Shown here piece by piece: positions 9,440 to 21,987 of a stretch of 64,000 nt of DNA; the first letter of the stretch is position 1, and every line of letters starts with the position of its first letter. This stretch comes from Polyangiales bacterium (GTDB lineage Bacteria; Myxococcota_A; Polyangia; Polyangiales; Ga0077539): positions 45,727 through 109,726 of the forward strand of contig JAXLYI010000029.1 of NCBI GenBank assembly GCA_046351555.1. Direction: 5' to 3'. Below the pieces are notes generated by a model. It searched no databases, was not told where the DNA came from, and was given only the letters and a program-made list of their open reading frames with translations. The position numbers and the translations under genes were made by a program.

Positions 9440-10798
9440 ATGCCCGTCACCCGCCGCCTCGACCTCGACGACAACACCTCCCTCTGGGCCGCCACCGCGC
9501 GCCCCGTCGACCCGCTGCCAGCATTGCGCGGCGACGTGCGCGCCGACGTGGTGGTCATCGGCGCGGGCTTCACGGGCATCTCCACCGCGTACCACCTCTC
9601 CGCGCGCTACCCCGACCGCAAGGTGGTGGTGCTGGAGGCGAAGCGCGTCGGCAACGGGGCCTCTGGGCGCAACGGCGCGATGGCGCTCCACTGGGTCAAC
9701 GGCGTCGAGGTGCGCGACGCCGAGCGGGCCCGCCAGCTCTACGCCGTCACCACCGAGACGCTCGACTGGATCAAGAACGTCGGCCGCGAGCACGGCTTCC
9801 CGGTCCGCTTCCGCAGCAACGGCTGCCTGGAGATCGTCACCAGCGCGCAGCGCGCGGAGGAGGCCCACGAGCACGCCGAGCGGCTCGCGTCGTGGGGGCT
9901 GCCGATCCGCTTCCTCCAGGGCGCCGCGCTGGAGGAGAAGCTCCGCGCGCGGGGCGCCGTCGGGGCCACCTTCGACCCGACGACGGGCCAGCTCCATGGG
10001 CTCGACCTGCTCCACGGATTGCGCGGCGTCCTCCTCGGGCGCGGCGTGGACATCTACGAAGGTACGCCCGTCGTCCGCATCGACGAGGGCCGCGAGCACG
10101 TCGTCACCACGCCCCACGGCACGGTGCGCGCGCCCGCGCTGGTGCTCGCCACCAACGGCTACACGCCGGCGCTGGGGTATTTCCGCGGCGGGGTGATCCC
10201 GCTCCACTCGCACTGCGTCGCCACCGAGCCGCTGCCGCTCGAGCGCTGGCGCGAGCTCGGCTGGGGCGACGTCGCGGCCTTCAGCGACGACCTCGACCGC
10301 ATCGCCTACGCCAGCCTCACCGAGGACGGCCGGCTCCTCTTCGGCGGCGGCGGCAACGGCGCGTACTCGTACTACTACGGCGGCCGCACGGCGACGCCCG
10401 CGCCCCCCGAGCGCCAGTGGGCCTTCGTGCGCAGCGTGCTCGACCGGTACTTCCCCGGCGCGAAGGACGTCCGCCTCGCCCACCGCTGGACGGGCACGCT
10501 CGGCATCACGCTGAGCCGCGTGTGCAGCATGGGCGTGATGGGCGAGTACAAGAACGTCTACTACGCGCTCGGCTACAGCGGGCACGGCGTGGTGCTCGCC
10601 AACCTCGCGGGCCGCGTGCTCTGCGACCTCTACAGCGACCACCACGAGCCCTGGCGCGATCTCCCCTTCTACCAGGCGCCGCTCTGGGGCATCCCCCCGG
10701 AGCCCCTGCGCTGGATCGGCTACCACGCCTTCACCGCGGTGACCGGCCGCTCGCCGCGGCGCAACGAGGCCCGCGACTCGCTCGCGCGGAGGAGGTGA
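9440..10798 (+). CDS. FAD-dependent oxidoreductase (DAO family; D-amino-acid/glycine/sarcosine oxidase-like)
   Basis: 452 aa; N-terminal FAD fold DVVVIGAGFTGISTAYHL; overall DAO architecture; 36 nt downstream of amine oxidase (operon). Confidence 0.8.
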   Translation: MPVTRRLDLDDNTSLWAATARPVDPLPALRGDVRADVVVIGAGFTGISTAYHLSARYPDRKVVVLEAKRVGNGASGRNGAMALHWVNGVEVRDAERARQLYAVTTETLDWIKNVGREHGFPVRFRSNGCLEIVTSAQRAEEAHEHAERLASWGLPIRFLQGAALEEKLRARGAVGATFDPTTGQLHGLDLLHGLRGVLLGRGVDIYEGTPVVRIDEGREHVVTTPHGTVRAPALVLATNGYTPALGYFRGGVIPLHSHCVATEPLPLERWRELGWGDVAAFSDDLDRIAYASLTEDGRLLFGGGGNGAYSYYYGGRTATPAPPERQWAFVRSVLDRYFPGAKDVRLAHRWTGTLGITLSRVCSMGVMGEYKNVYYALGYSGHGVVLANLAGRVLCDLYSDHHEPWRDLPFYQAPLWGIPPEPLRWIGYHAFTAVTGRSPRRNEARDSLARRR

Positions 10799-10807
10799 GG
10801 CACGGCG

Positions 10808-11257
10808 ATGTCGAACCCGTTGTACCTCTGGGTCGCGTTCGCCGCGCTGGCGCTCGCCGCGCTGGTGGGGGCGCTGGTGTGGTGGTCGTCGGCCCCGCGC
10901 GAGCTGGCCGGCGCCGACGCGCGCCCCGGCGAGCCCGTGACGCTGGTGTTGCAGAGCGCGCCGGCGGGCGAGCTGGCGCTGTGGGTGCGCTACGAGCTCG
11001 CGACCGACGATGAGTTCGCGGCCGTGCGCGTGCGGTGGGAGGCGACGGCGGCGGGCGCGCGGGTGGGCGGCGGGGAGGCGACGCGCGACGGGCCGCGGGT
11101 GTGGCACGGCGGGCGCGAGGGGTGGGAGGCGTTCAGCGATCGCGTGGCGGTGATCCGCGGGGCGGCGCCGGGCGCGCGGGTGGAGGTGCGGGTGACGGTG
11201 GGGGAGTGCACGGTGCCCGCGCGCGTGCTGAAGGCGCGGGCGTACCTCGCGCGGTGA
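10808..11257 (+). CDS. Hypothetical membrane-anchored protein
   Basis: 149 aa; N-terminal TM helix LYLWVAFAALALAALVGALVWW; 9 nt after oxidase stop; GC3-rich. Confidence 0.5.
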   Translation: MSNPLYLWVAFAALALAALVGALVWWSSAPRELAGADARPGEPVTLVLQSAPAGELALWVRYELATDDEFAAVRVRWEATAAGARVGGGEATRDGPRVWHGGREGWEAFSDRVAVIRGAAPGARVEVRVTVGECTVPARVLKARAYLAR

Positions 11258-11260
11258 GCG

Positions 11261-13846
<2,586 letters not shown>

Positions 13847-13995
13847 AGATATACTCCGCTCCTCTCACGTCGGGGGAACAACGCATCGCGCGGGCGCCAC
13901 ACATCGCCGCGCAAAACAGACCGTAAGCATCGGGCGTTCCGGCGTCAATCCGGGCGGGCGGAGCCGAGGGTTGGAGAGGGAGCGGCGGGCCCCGG

Positions 13996-15246
13996 TCAGG
14001 GCGAGGCGTCGGCGGGTCGGTAGGTGATCTCGAGGCCGGCGTTGTCGGCGGGGAGCATCGACGGGTTGACGGTGACCCGGTTGGTCATCGCGTCGAAGGT
14101 CCACGCGCTCATGGGGAGGAGCGTGCGGCGGCCCTCGTTGTTGACGCTCCACACCTGCACGGTCTCGGCGCGGGCGGGGCGGGTGAGCTGCCAGAAGTTG
14201 GTGCGCCGCACGATCGCGTCGGCGAAGGAGCGGAAGATGGAGGTCCAGTCCATCGCGCAGACGCGGGCGCGCTCGCCGCCGGTGCGGTCGGTGAGCGTGA
14301 GGTACACGTTGCCGACGCGCGCGAGCGTGGGGCACTCGGTGGCGTTGTTGTACCCGACGATGCTGTGGAAGACGTAGCGCTCGAACGCGGGCTCGTTGCG
14401 GATGAGCCGATCGAAGGCGTCGGCCGGCATCGCGCTGTCGTCGTCGGTCACCGCGACGAAGAACTTCAGCGACTGGAGCCGCACGAAGTCGCGCCACTGC
14501 GGCAGGGTCGAGAGCACCAGGGAGAGGCCGTCGGTGCTCTCCACCTGCTGGTCGACGTGGCGGAAGCGGGCCGCGTCCCCGCACATCGTCCCGCCGAGCG
14601 GCGGCGGCACGCACACCTGGAGGGTGCCGGTGCCGCGGCGCGCCACCATGATCACGCGGTAGTCGAGCCCCGACGCCTGCATCACCGACGCGAAGGCGTT
14701 GAGGTTCATGTTGACGTAGCGGTTCTCTTCGACCATCGAGCCGGAGTTGTCGACGAACCACACGATGTCGACCGGCGGGCGGATGGCCGTGGCGTTGTTG
14801 TAGCCCTCGGTGAGCGCGCACTGCTGCTCGGCCTCGGGCAGCGGCAGCCACGAGCCCGCGCAGTCGCCCCAGCGCCCGAGCTCGCCCATGCCCTCGCAGC
14901 GCTGGCGCCCCATCCGACAGGGGTCGCGGAAGAGCTCGCCGGGGCGCTCGAAGCACATCTGCTCGGAGCCCGGCAGGCACGCGCAGTCCTCGTTGGCGCG
15001 GCCGTCGCCGTCGTCGTCGTAGGGGGTCTCGCAGTTCTCCCGGAGCTCGACGTCGGCCTCGGAGACCGCGTCGCGGCGCACCACCATCACGTCCTGGCGG
15101 TGCGCGATGTCGGGCGGCAGGTCGTCGAACGTCGGCACGTCGAACGGGGGCGCCGCGTCCGGCGTCGCGAACTGCGTCGGCGCCTGCGAGCACGACGCCA
15201 GCGCGACGCCGGTGAGGAACACGATCGGGTGTACGCGGCGCGCCAT
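13996..15246 (-). CDS. Lipoprotein with Cys-rich N-terminal region and vWA-like domain
   Basis: C-terminal 416 aa of ORF 13996..16461 (start MARRVHPIVFLTGVALASCSQ = lipobox); Cys-rich EGF-like stretch; VWFVDNSGSM MIDAS-like motif. Confidence 0.65.
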   Translation of the reverse strand: MARRVHPIVFLTGVALASCSQAPTQFATPDAAPPFDVPTFDDLPPDIAHRQDVMVVRRDAVSEADVELRENCETPYDDDGDGRANEDCACLPGSEQMCFERPGELFRDPCRMGRQRCEGMGELGRWGDCAGSWLPLPEAEQQCALTEGYNNATAIRPPVDIVWFVDNSGSMVEENRYVNMNLNAFASVMQASGLDYRVIMVARRGTGTLQVCVPPPLGGTMCGDAARFRHVDQQVESTDGLSLVLSTLPQWRDFVRLQSLKFFVAVTDDDSAMPADAFDRLIRNEPAFERYVFHSIVGYNNATECPTLARVGNVYLTLTDRTGGERARVCAMDWTSIFRSFADAIVRRTNFWQLTRPARAETVQVWSVNNEGRRTLLPMSAWTFDAMTNRVTVNPSMLPADNAGLEITYRPADASP

Positions 15247-15281
15247 GTCGGGGTGGAGTCTACACCACCCCCGCGGCGGGT

Positions 15282-16358
15282 TTACAGCGCCCGGGCGGCG
15301 GCCCGATCGAGCAGGCCGTCGAGCTCCTCGAGGAGGAGGCGGTTGCCGTTTTGCTGGTACCGGGACAGGGCCTCCTCGCAGGCGGGCACGCGATCGAGGA
15401 AGTCCTTCACCACCACCGGGTGCTCCAGCGTCGGGGCCTCCATCCCGTAGCCCAGGCGCTCGAGCCAGCGGGCGTTGAGCACCTGCTCGAACTGCCCCCG
15501 CAGCGGCACGGCCAGCATGGGCTTGTGCAGGTAGACGGCCTCGCCCATCAGGGTGAAGCCGCCGCCAGCGATCACCGCGCGCGACGAGGCCAGGTCGTCG
15601 ATGAAGCCCTTCTCGCTGAAGGGGCGGAAGCGCAACGACCCCTCGACCACCTCCTCCTTCAGGTCGCGCTTCATCCCGTAGATCCTGCACTCGCGGCCCG
15701 AGGCGCGGAGGGCGTCGAGGAGCGCGCCGTGTCCCTCCGCGGTCTGGTAGACGAGCAGGTGGTCGCCCCGCGAGCGCTCGGCCGCCAAAATCTCCGGCCG
15801 CAGGATGGGCGCGTGCAGCGACGTGTCGGGCTTGCGCAGCGGCGGGTAGAAGAACGTGGTGACGAGGTACCGCTTGCAGCCCGGCAGCTTCGCCTTGATG
15901 AAAGCCTTGGTGAGCTGAAACTCCGCCTCGTGCCCCGCGATCACCTCGGGCGGGTGCTCCGCCCGGTGGATGATCTGCATGTTGTCGATCGAGATGACGG
16001 GGATGCGGTGGAGCGAGCCGAAGAGGTACGTCCACGACTCGAAATCGCTGATCACCACGTCGGGGGAGAAGCCCCGGATGAGTTCGAAGTAGGCCGCGAT
16101 GTTGCCCGGCAGCCCCGCCGCGCCGGTGACCACGTTCGACCAGAGGGTGCGGCCGCGGCGGACGCGGTTCTCCTCGTAGATCATGTGGAGGCCGTGGATG
16201 CGGTTGACGTCTTCGAAGCGCTTCCCGAGGAAATCCACCGCGCGCCCCGAGGCCATGATCTCCACGTCGTGACCAGCAGCCACCAGGTGCTCGAGGACGA
16301 CGCGCGACCGCATCGCGTGCCCCATGCCTTCGCCCACCACGCCGTACAGGATCTTCAT
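15282..16358 (-). CDS. Glycosyltransferase, GT28/MGDG-synthase-like (TIGR00661-type)
   Basis: 358 aa from MKILYGVVGEGMGHAMRSRVV (N-terminal G-rich loop typical of MurG/MGDG-synthase-like GT-B enzymes) within ORF 15282..16913; 88 bp divergent from GT-C gene. Confidence 0.75.
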   Translation of the reverse strand: MKILYGVVGEGMGHAMRSRVVLEHLVAAGHDVEIMASGRAVDFLGKRFEDVNRIHGLHMIYEENRVRRGRTLWSNVVTGAAGLPGNIAAYFELIRGFSPDVVISDFESWTYLFGSLHRIPVISIDNMQIIHRAEHPPEVIAGHEAEFQLTKAFIKAKLPGCKRYLVTTFFYPPLRKPDTSLHAPILRPEILAAERSRGDHLLVYQTAEGHGALLDALRASGRECRIYGMKRDLKEEVVEGSLRFRPFSEKGFIDDLASSRAVIAGGGFTLMGEAVYLHKPMLAVPLRGQFEQVLNARWLERLGYGMEAPTLEHPVVVKDFLDRVPACEEALSRYQQNGNRLLLEELDGLLDRAAARAL

Positions 16359-16445
16359 GGTCCAATGGGGTACAGCGCCCCGCGCGCCCGTGTCCAGCGC
16401 ACCGTTGACGGCGCCCGCGCCTTCGGTGCACGTCGCCTCGCACCG

Positions 16446-18200
16446 ATGACCCCGCCGCCACCCGCCGCCGCCGTTCGAGGGGCCGTCGCCGCGATGGCCG
16501 CCGCAGCCGCGGCCGTCACGTACGCGTGGTGGGCGCTCGCGCTGCGCGGCGCGCCGAAGGTGATCGACGCGACGATGTACTGGCTCCAGGCGCGGGCGCT
16601 GGCCGCGGGGTCGTTCACGTGGCGCCTGCCCGACGCGACGGCGAGCTTCGCGGGGCGCTTCCTCCTGGTGGGTGACGATGGGCGCGCGGCGGGGGTGTTT
16701 CCCCCGGGGCACCCGCTCGCGCTCGCCGCGGGATTCGCGCTCGGCGCCCCGTGGCTGACGGGCTGCGCGCTCGCCGCGGGCCTCGTCGCAGCGACCTCCT
16801 GGCTCGCCGCCGAGCTCGCCCCCGCGCGTGCCGACCGCGCGCGTCTCGTCGGCGCGGCCCTCTCGCTCGCGTGCGTCGCGCTCCGCTACCACACCGCGGA
16901 GACGCTCTCCCACGGCTCCGCGGCGCTCGCGCTCACGCTCGCCCTGTGGGGCGCGCTCGTCACCGCGCGCACCAGCTCACGAACGCACGCGCTCGCCTCG
17001 GGGCTCGCGCTCGGCTGGCTCGCCTCGACGCGCCCCGTCTCCGCGCTCGCCGTCGGCGCGGCCTGCGCGGCGCTCACGTGGCGCGGGCGTCGCCCCCTCG
17101 CCTGGGCCCTCGCGACGCTGCCGGGCCTCGCGCTGTATGTCGCTGCGCAGCGCCTCTCGACGGGCCGCTGGGGCGTGAGCACCCACGCGGCCTACTACGC
17201 CGTCGCCGATGGTCCCGCCGGGTGCTTCCGCTACGGCTTCGGCGCGGGCGTCGGCTGCCTCGTCGAGCACGGGGACTTCGTCGCCCGCCACCTCCCGCAC
17301 GGGCACGGCCTGCGGGAGGCGCTCGCGTCCACGGGGCGCCGGCTCGCGGCCCACGTCACCGACGTCGCCAACGCCTGGCCCCTGATCGCGCTGCCGCTGT
17401 GGGCCGCGTGGCGGCTGCGCGCGGAGGCGTCGGCGCGCTGGTGCACCGGCGTGGTGTGGGCGCACTTCGCGGCCTACGCGCCCTTCTATTTCGACGGCAA
17501 CCTCGTCGGGGGCGGGGCGAGGATGTTCGTCGACGTGATCCCCGTCGAGCACGCGCTCGCGGCGGCGGCACTGAGCGCGTTCTCGACGCGTCAGGCGGCG
17601 GGGGCGGTGGCGCTGGTGGCGGCGCTCGGCGCGTGGCGCGGCGCGGCGGTGGCCCGCGGGGTGAGGGCGCTCGACGACCACGGGGTCACGGGGTTTCTGC
17701 GCGCGCCGCCCGAGCGGGGGCTGGTGTTCGTCGGCGATGAGCGGGCCTTCAACGCGCTCTACGACCCGCGCGGCGACGGCGACGCGTGGGGGCACGCGGT
17801 CGTCGCACGCTGGAAGGGCGACGCCCACGACGCGGTCCTCTATGAGCGGCTCGGGCGCCCGCCGGCGTGGCGGCTGCGCGACGACGGGCGGCTCGATCGG
17901 TGGGCGCCGGAGGCGGGCGCGCTCCGGTGGTTCCGCGGGGCGGGGCTGTGGCCGCCGCGGGCGCAGGCGGGGGGCTACGCGCGGCCACGCGGGAGCGCGA
18001 TCGCAGTGGTGGCGACGGGGGGCGAGGCGCGGGTGCGCTTCATCGTGCCGGTGCCGCGCCCGGGGCCGTGGTGCCTGCGGCGGCTCTTCGACGACGGCGC
18101 GCGCGTGGAGCACTGCGATTTCGCGCAGCGTGCGATGGACGTGGTGGTGACCACGCGCGGCCGGCGCGCGCTGGAGGGCGTGTGGTTGTTCGCGCCGTAG
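16446..18200 (+). CDS. Integral-membrane GT-C fold glycosyltransferase (ArnT/PMT/GT39-83-like)
   Basis: 584 aa in-frame part of ORF 15351..18200; about 10 predicted TM helices in N-terminal 400 aa followed by soluble C-terminal domain, as in 4-amino-arabinose/mannosyl transferases. Confidence 0.65.
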   Translation: MTPPPPAAAVRGAVAAMAAAAAAVTYAWWALALRGAPKVIDATMYWLQARALAAGSFTWRLPDATASFAGRFLLVGDDGRAAGVFPPGHPLALAAGFALGAPWLTGCALAAGLVAATSWLAAELAPARADRARLVGAALSLACVALRYHTAETLSHGSAALALTLALWGALVTARTSSRTHALASGLALGWLASTRPVSALAVGAACAALTWRGRRPLAWALATLPGLALYVAAQRLSTGRWGVSTHAAYYAVADGPAGCFRYGFGAGVGCLVEHGDFVARHLPHGHGLREALASTGRRLAAHVTDVANAWPLIALPLWAAWRLRAEASARWCTGVVWAHFAAYAPFYFDGNLVGGGARMFVDVIPVEHALAAAALSAFSTRQAAGAVALVAALGAWRGAAVARGVRALDDHGVTGFLRAPPERGLVFVGDERAFNALYDPRGDGDAWGHAVVARWKGDAHDAVLYERLGRPPAWRLRDDGRLDRWAPEAGALRWFRGAGLWPPRAQAGGYARPRGSAIAVVATGGEARVRFIVPVPRPGPWCLRRLFDDGARVEHCDFAQRAMDVVVTTRGRRALEGVWLFAP

Positions 18201-18223
18201 CGTTGACGGGATAGGATCGCCGC

Positions 18224-20296
18224 GTGCGACACGACATCGGGCTCCTCGCGGCCGTCGGGCTCCTCGCGCTGGTTGGGTGCGACGGCGCGCCCACGCCCGC
18301 CGACGCGACGGCGGAGGCGAACTCGGATGACGTGACGGAGAAAGACGCCGCGCCCGACGCGACGAGCACCGCAGACGTCACCGCCGAAGCGACGTCGGAC
18401 GCGCCTTCGGAAGCATCGGCCGACGGGGCAACGGACGGTGGCGCGCCGGGGCCGCACGTGCTCCGCGAGGACTTCAACGCGATGCCCGCGGACGCGGCGC
18501 CCGCGGGGCGGTGGACGAGCACGCCGGGGGTGACGGTGCGGGCCTTCCCCTTCGCCGACGACCACAGCGTCGAGGTGACGCGACCGACCGGGGCGATGAC
18601 GGCGTCGCTCGCGACGTCGCTGCCCGGCCTGCGCGGGCGCGTGGCGTTCGAGGCGAAGGTGATGGCGCGCGAGGCGGCGGGCTTCAAGGCCATCCCGTAC
18701 GTGTACGACCGCGCGGGGACGGCGGTGGCCTCGGTCGCCTTCCTCGACGGCGACCTCGTCGCGTGGGTCGGCGCGACGCGAACCGTGGTGCAGCCCTTCG
18801 CCCCGGGCGTCTGGTACCTCGTCCGCGTGGTGGTCGACACCGCGGCGGGCACCTTCGACCTCTTCGTCGACGGCGTGCGGAAGCTCCAGGGCCGCCCCCT
18901 CCGCAACGCGGCCGACGCGCTCGACCGGGTGCAGTACTACGTCGACGGCGCGGGCGACGGGCTCCTCCGCGTCGACAACGTGCGGGTGTACCGCGAGGCC
19001 GACCTCATCGGCGCGCCGCCCGCCCCGGTGTTCGACGCGCGTCGCTTCGGCGCGGCGGGCGACGGCGCGCGCGACGACACCGCGGCGCTCCAGCGGGCCG
19101 TCGACGCGGCGGCGGGCACCGGCGGGTCGGTTCTCCTCTCGGGCGGGGTCTTCCTGAGCGGGACGCTCACCCTGCGGAGCCGCATGACGCTCTTCATCGA
19201 TCCGTCGGCCACGCTCCGCGGCACCACCAGCGTCGCGGCCTACCCCGCGCAGTCGCCCGCGACCGGCAACACCCAGCTCGGCAACTGCCGGCGCGCGTTG
19301 CTCTACGCGCACGAGGCCGCCGACCTCCGCGTCGACGGCGGCGGCACGGTGGATGGTCAGGGCGGGGCGTTCACCGGCGCCGAGCGCGAGCGCCCGATGC
19401 TCCTGTGGGCCGTCCGGTCGAGCGGGGTCACGGTGCAGAACGTCTACTTCCAACGCGGCGCCGTGTGGGGCGTCGTCGCGATGGAGTCCGACGGCGTCGT
19501 GTTCCGCAACCTCAACGTGCAGAGCAGCGGGATCACGCACGACGGCATCGACGTCGTCGACGGCTCGGACGTCACCGTCGAGGACTGCGCGGTGCGGAGC
19601 GGCGACGACGCGATGTGCCTGAAGAGCGGCGTGCGGCGCGGGCTGACGGGGGTCGCGGTGCGGCGGTCGTTCTTCAGCGGCGACAACGGCGGGTCGAACG
19701 GGGTGAAGTTCGGCACGGCGAGCTACGGGGCCTTCCGCGACGTCACCGTCGAGGACGTCTACGTGAAGGACGTGCAGTACGCCGCGATGGCCGTGGAGTC
19801 GCGGCAGGGCGCGGACGTGGCGCGCGTGGCCTTCCGCCGCGTGGAGTTCGCCAACGCGGGCTCGGCCTTCTTCGTCTACCTCGCCCAGCAGGACGAGACG
19901 CACCCCGACGGCGACGTCCCGCGGCTCGGGAGCATGGCGGGGGTGTCGTTCACCGACGTGCTCGGCCGCACCGCGTCGTGGCCCAACTCCCCGCACCAGG
20001 CGGCGCTCGTCACGGGCCACGTCTTCCGGGGCGTCACGTACCGCGTCACCGACCTCGCCTTCACCCGCGTCGCGGTGTCGTTCGCGGGCGGCCGTGCGAG
20101 CGTGCCGGGCGATCCCCCCGAGGCGACGCCCAACCAGTACCCCGAGTCCAACATGTTCGGCGACCTCCCCGCGTGGGGGTATTTCCTCCGCCACGTCGAC
20201 GGCGTCCGCTTCGAAGGGAGCCGCGCGAGCGTGGCCGCCCCCGACGCCCGCCCGCGCCTCGCGACCCGCGACGTGAGCGGCCTCGTCGAGCGGTAG
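18224..20296 (+). CDS. Secreted lipoprotein, glycoside hydrolase family 28 / pectin-lyase-fold (right-handed beta-helix) protein with N-terminal beta-sandwich domain
   Basis: 690 aa; lipobox LALVGCDG; Ala/Thr/Asp-rich linker; GH28-like motifs (NxDG-like GITHDGIDV, GDDAMCLKSG, RSFFSG) in parallel beta-helix repeats. Confidence 0.75.
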   Translation: MRHDIGLLAAVGLLALVGCDGAPTPADATAEANSDDVTEKDAAPDATSTADVTAEATSDAPSEASADGATDGGAPGPHVLREDFNAMPADAAPAGRWTSTPGVTVRAFPFADDHSVEVTRPTGAMTASLATSLPGLRGRVAFEAKVMAREAAGFKAIPYVYDRAGTAVASVAFLDGDLVAWVGATRTVVQPFAPGVWYLVRVVVDTAAGTFDLFVDGVRKLQGRPLRNAADALDRVQYYVDGAGDGLLRVDNVRVYREADLIGAPPAPVFDARRFGAAGDGARDDTAALQRAVDAAAGTGGSVLLSGGVFLSGTLTLRSRMTLFIDPSATLRGTTSVAAYPAQSPATGNTQLGNCRRALLYAHEAADLRVDGGGTVDGQGGAFTGAERERPMLLWAVRSSGVTVQNVYFQRGAVWGVVAMESDGVVFRNLNVQSSGITHDGIDVVDGSDVTVEDCAVRSGDDAMCLKSGVRRGLTGVAVRRSFFSGDNGGSNGVKFGTASYGAFRDVTVEDVYVKDVQYAAMAVESRQGADVARVAFRRVEFANAGSAFFVYLAQQDETHPDGDVPRLGSMAGVSFTDVLGRTASWPNSPHQAALVTGHVFRGVTYRVTDLAFTRVAVSFAGGRASVPGDPPEATPNQYPESNMFGDLPAWGYFLRHVDGVRFEGSRASVAAPDARPRLATRDVSGLVER

Positions 20297-20346
20297 CGCC
20301 CGTCGTTTGTCCCGCCCCGGCGCGCCCGCTTCGTTACCATCGCGGC

Positions 20347-21174
20347 GTGAATCGCATCACTCCGCTCGCCCTCGCGCTGCCCCTCGCGGGCTGCGGCCCC
20401 ATGCTCTCGACCATGACCCCGGCCCAGGTGACGCCGCACCGGAGCGTCCGGGCCGCCGCGGGCATGGGCATCGGGCTCCCCGTCGGCCAGATCATCGACG
20501 CCATCGACACGGCGACCACCCTCGCCGAGCGCGTGAGCAACAACCAGCCGCTCACCGCCGACGAGCAGAACACCCTCACCGCGCAGGCCGTCGGCCTCGT
20601 GATCTCGCCGCCCACGTACAACTACGAGCTCCAGGCCCGCTACGGCTTCTACCCGCGGTGGGACGCCGGGCTCCGGCTGGTGGGCTCCAACGTGCGGCTC
20701 GACGGGCGCTTCCTGGTGCTCGACGCGGCCCACGGGGCGCCGCTCGACCTGAGCGTGGGCCTCGGCCTGGGCCTCGGGCTGTCGGGGATCTCGCTCGGCA
20801 GCGTGCTCGGCTCGGTGATCTCCGTCGACGACTACCGGGTGTTCGCCGTCGACGTGCCGGTGCTCGCGGGGTGGAGCGGGCGCTTCGGGCACTTCTGGTT
20901 CGGCGCGAAGGTGGTCGCGGCCTTCCAGCACACGGGGATGTCGGTGCGGGTCTCGTCGAGCGAGCTGCGCGTCCTCGACGTGAGCGGCTCCACCGTCCAC
21001 TACGGCGGGGTGGTCGGCGGCGCCGTGGGCTACCGCTGGGTGTGGGTGGCCGCCGAGCTGAGCGTGCTCGGGATGAGCGGCGGCGCCGACATCACCTGGC
21101 CGGGCGGGCGCTTCGCCCCCAGCTTCGGCGGCGTGGTGTTCGCGCCGTCGTTCGCGGTGCTCGTGCAGATCTGA
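20347..21174 (+). CDS. Hypothetical lipoprotein (Gly-rich, possible beta-barrel/outer-membrane)
   Basis: 275 aa from GTG 20347 (VNRITPLALALPLAGCG lipobox) to 21174 inside ORF 18511..21174; alternating hydrophobic pattern and C-terminal F-containing tail. Confidence 0.55.
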   Translation: MNRITPLALALPLAGCGPMLSTMTPAQVTPHRSVRAAAGMGIGLPVGQIIDAIDTATTLAERVSNNQPLTADEQNTLTAQAVGLVISPPTYNYELQARYGFYPRWDAGLRLVGSNVRLDGRFLVLDAAHGAPLDLSVGLGLGLGLSGISLGSVLGSVISVDDYRVFAVDVPVLAGWSGRFGHFWFGAKVVAAFQHTGMSVRVSSSELRVLDVSGSTVHYGGVVGGAVGYRWVWVAAELSVLGMSGGADITWPGGRFAPSFGGVVFAPSFAVLVQI

Positions 21175-21897
21175 TCAGCGCGCGGCGTCCCAGTCGCCGT
21201 TGCGGAAGTAGCGGGCCTCCATCCGCGCGAGGTACCCGTTGAGGTTCTCGTGCCCGCGCACGATGCCGATCAGCGGCGTGTCGAAGACGGGCGCGGCGCA
21301 CGCGCTGAGCACGCCGAAGGCCGCGGCGTCGAGGGCGGTGGGGCGGTCGCCGAAGAGGTAGGGCTTGCCGCCGAGCTGCGCGGCCACGGCCCCGACGTCG
21401 CGCGCCGCGAGGGCCATCCGCTCGTCGCGCGTGTGGCGGCCGATGCCCTGGCTGTGCAGGCGCTTCCGCGTGTCGGCGAGGACGCCCTCGATCACGGCGG
21501 CCCGCGCGGCCTCGGGCACGCGGCCGAAGAAGAGCGCCGGGCCGCGGCGGAAGTTGTCCCCCTCCAGCCAGCGCTCGTGCACCATGATGAAGCTGAGGCG
21601 GTCTTCGAGCATCCGCTCGAGGCCCCACGCGGCCGCCCGCTGCTCGGCGGAGAGGCCCTCGTCGAGGTCGCGGCCGAGGGCCTCTTCGAAGTGGAAGCGG
21701 ATGAAGGTCGAGTCCTCGAGGACGCGGCCGTCGTCGAGGCGGACGTACGGGGCCTTGTGCTTCGAAACCGAGTCGAGGTCGGCGAGCGCGCGGCCGTACG
21801 CGACGCCCAGCATCTGGAGCTGGACCTCGGCCTTGAGCACGAACGGGCTCGGCCCGCGGATGCCGAACATGGGTCCCCAACCGTAGAGCGTGGTCAT
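21175..21897 (-). CDS. Glutathione S-transferase-like protein
   Basis: 240 aa from MTTLYGWGPMFGIRGPSPFVLKAEV (GST N-terminal thioredoxin-like fold) within ORF 21175..22668; C-terminal alpha-helical GST_C-like domain. Confidence 0.7.
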   Translation of the reverse strand: MTTLYGWGPMFGIRGPSPFVLKAEVQLQMLGVAYGRALADLDSVSKHKAPYVRLDDGRVLEDSTFIRFHFEEALGRDLDEGLSAEQRAAAWGLERMLEDRLSFIMVHERWLEGDNFRRGPALFFGRVPEAARAAVIEGVLADTRKRLHSQGIGRHTRDERMALAARDVGAVAAQLGGKPYLFGDRPTALDAAAFGVLSACAAPVFDTPLIGIVRGHENLNGYLARMEARYFRNGDWDAAR

Positions 21898-21987
21898 GAT
21901 GTGCGTGTCTCCCTTTCGAGGAAGAGGTGTAGCGGGTTGCTGCTGACAGCGTGCTGTCAGTAGGATGGCGGCACCCTCCCGAACGCC

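Noticed and set aside
17749-17988. Numerous short Arg-rich ORFs (e.g. 17749..17988, 17356..17571, 37839..38078, 50004..50363)
   Set aside because: Antisense or off-frame of real genes. Poly-Arg/Pro composition typical of wrong-frame translation in high-GC DNA.
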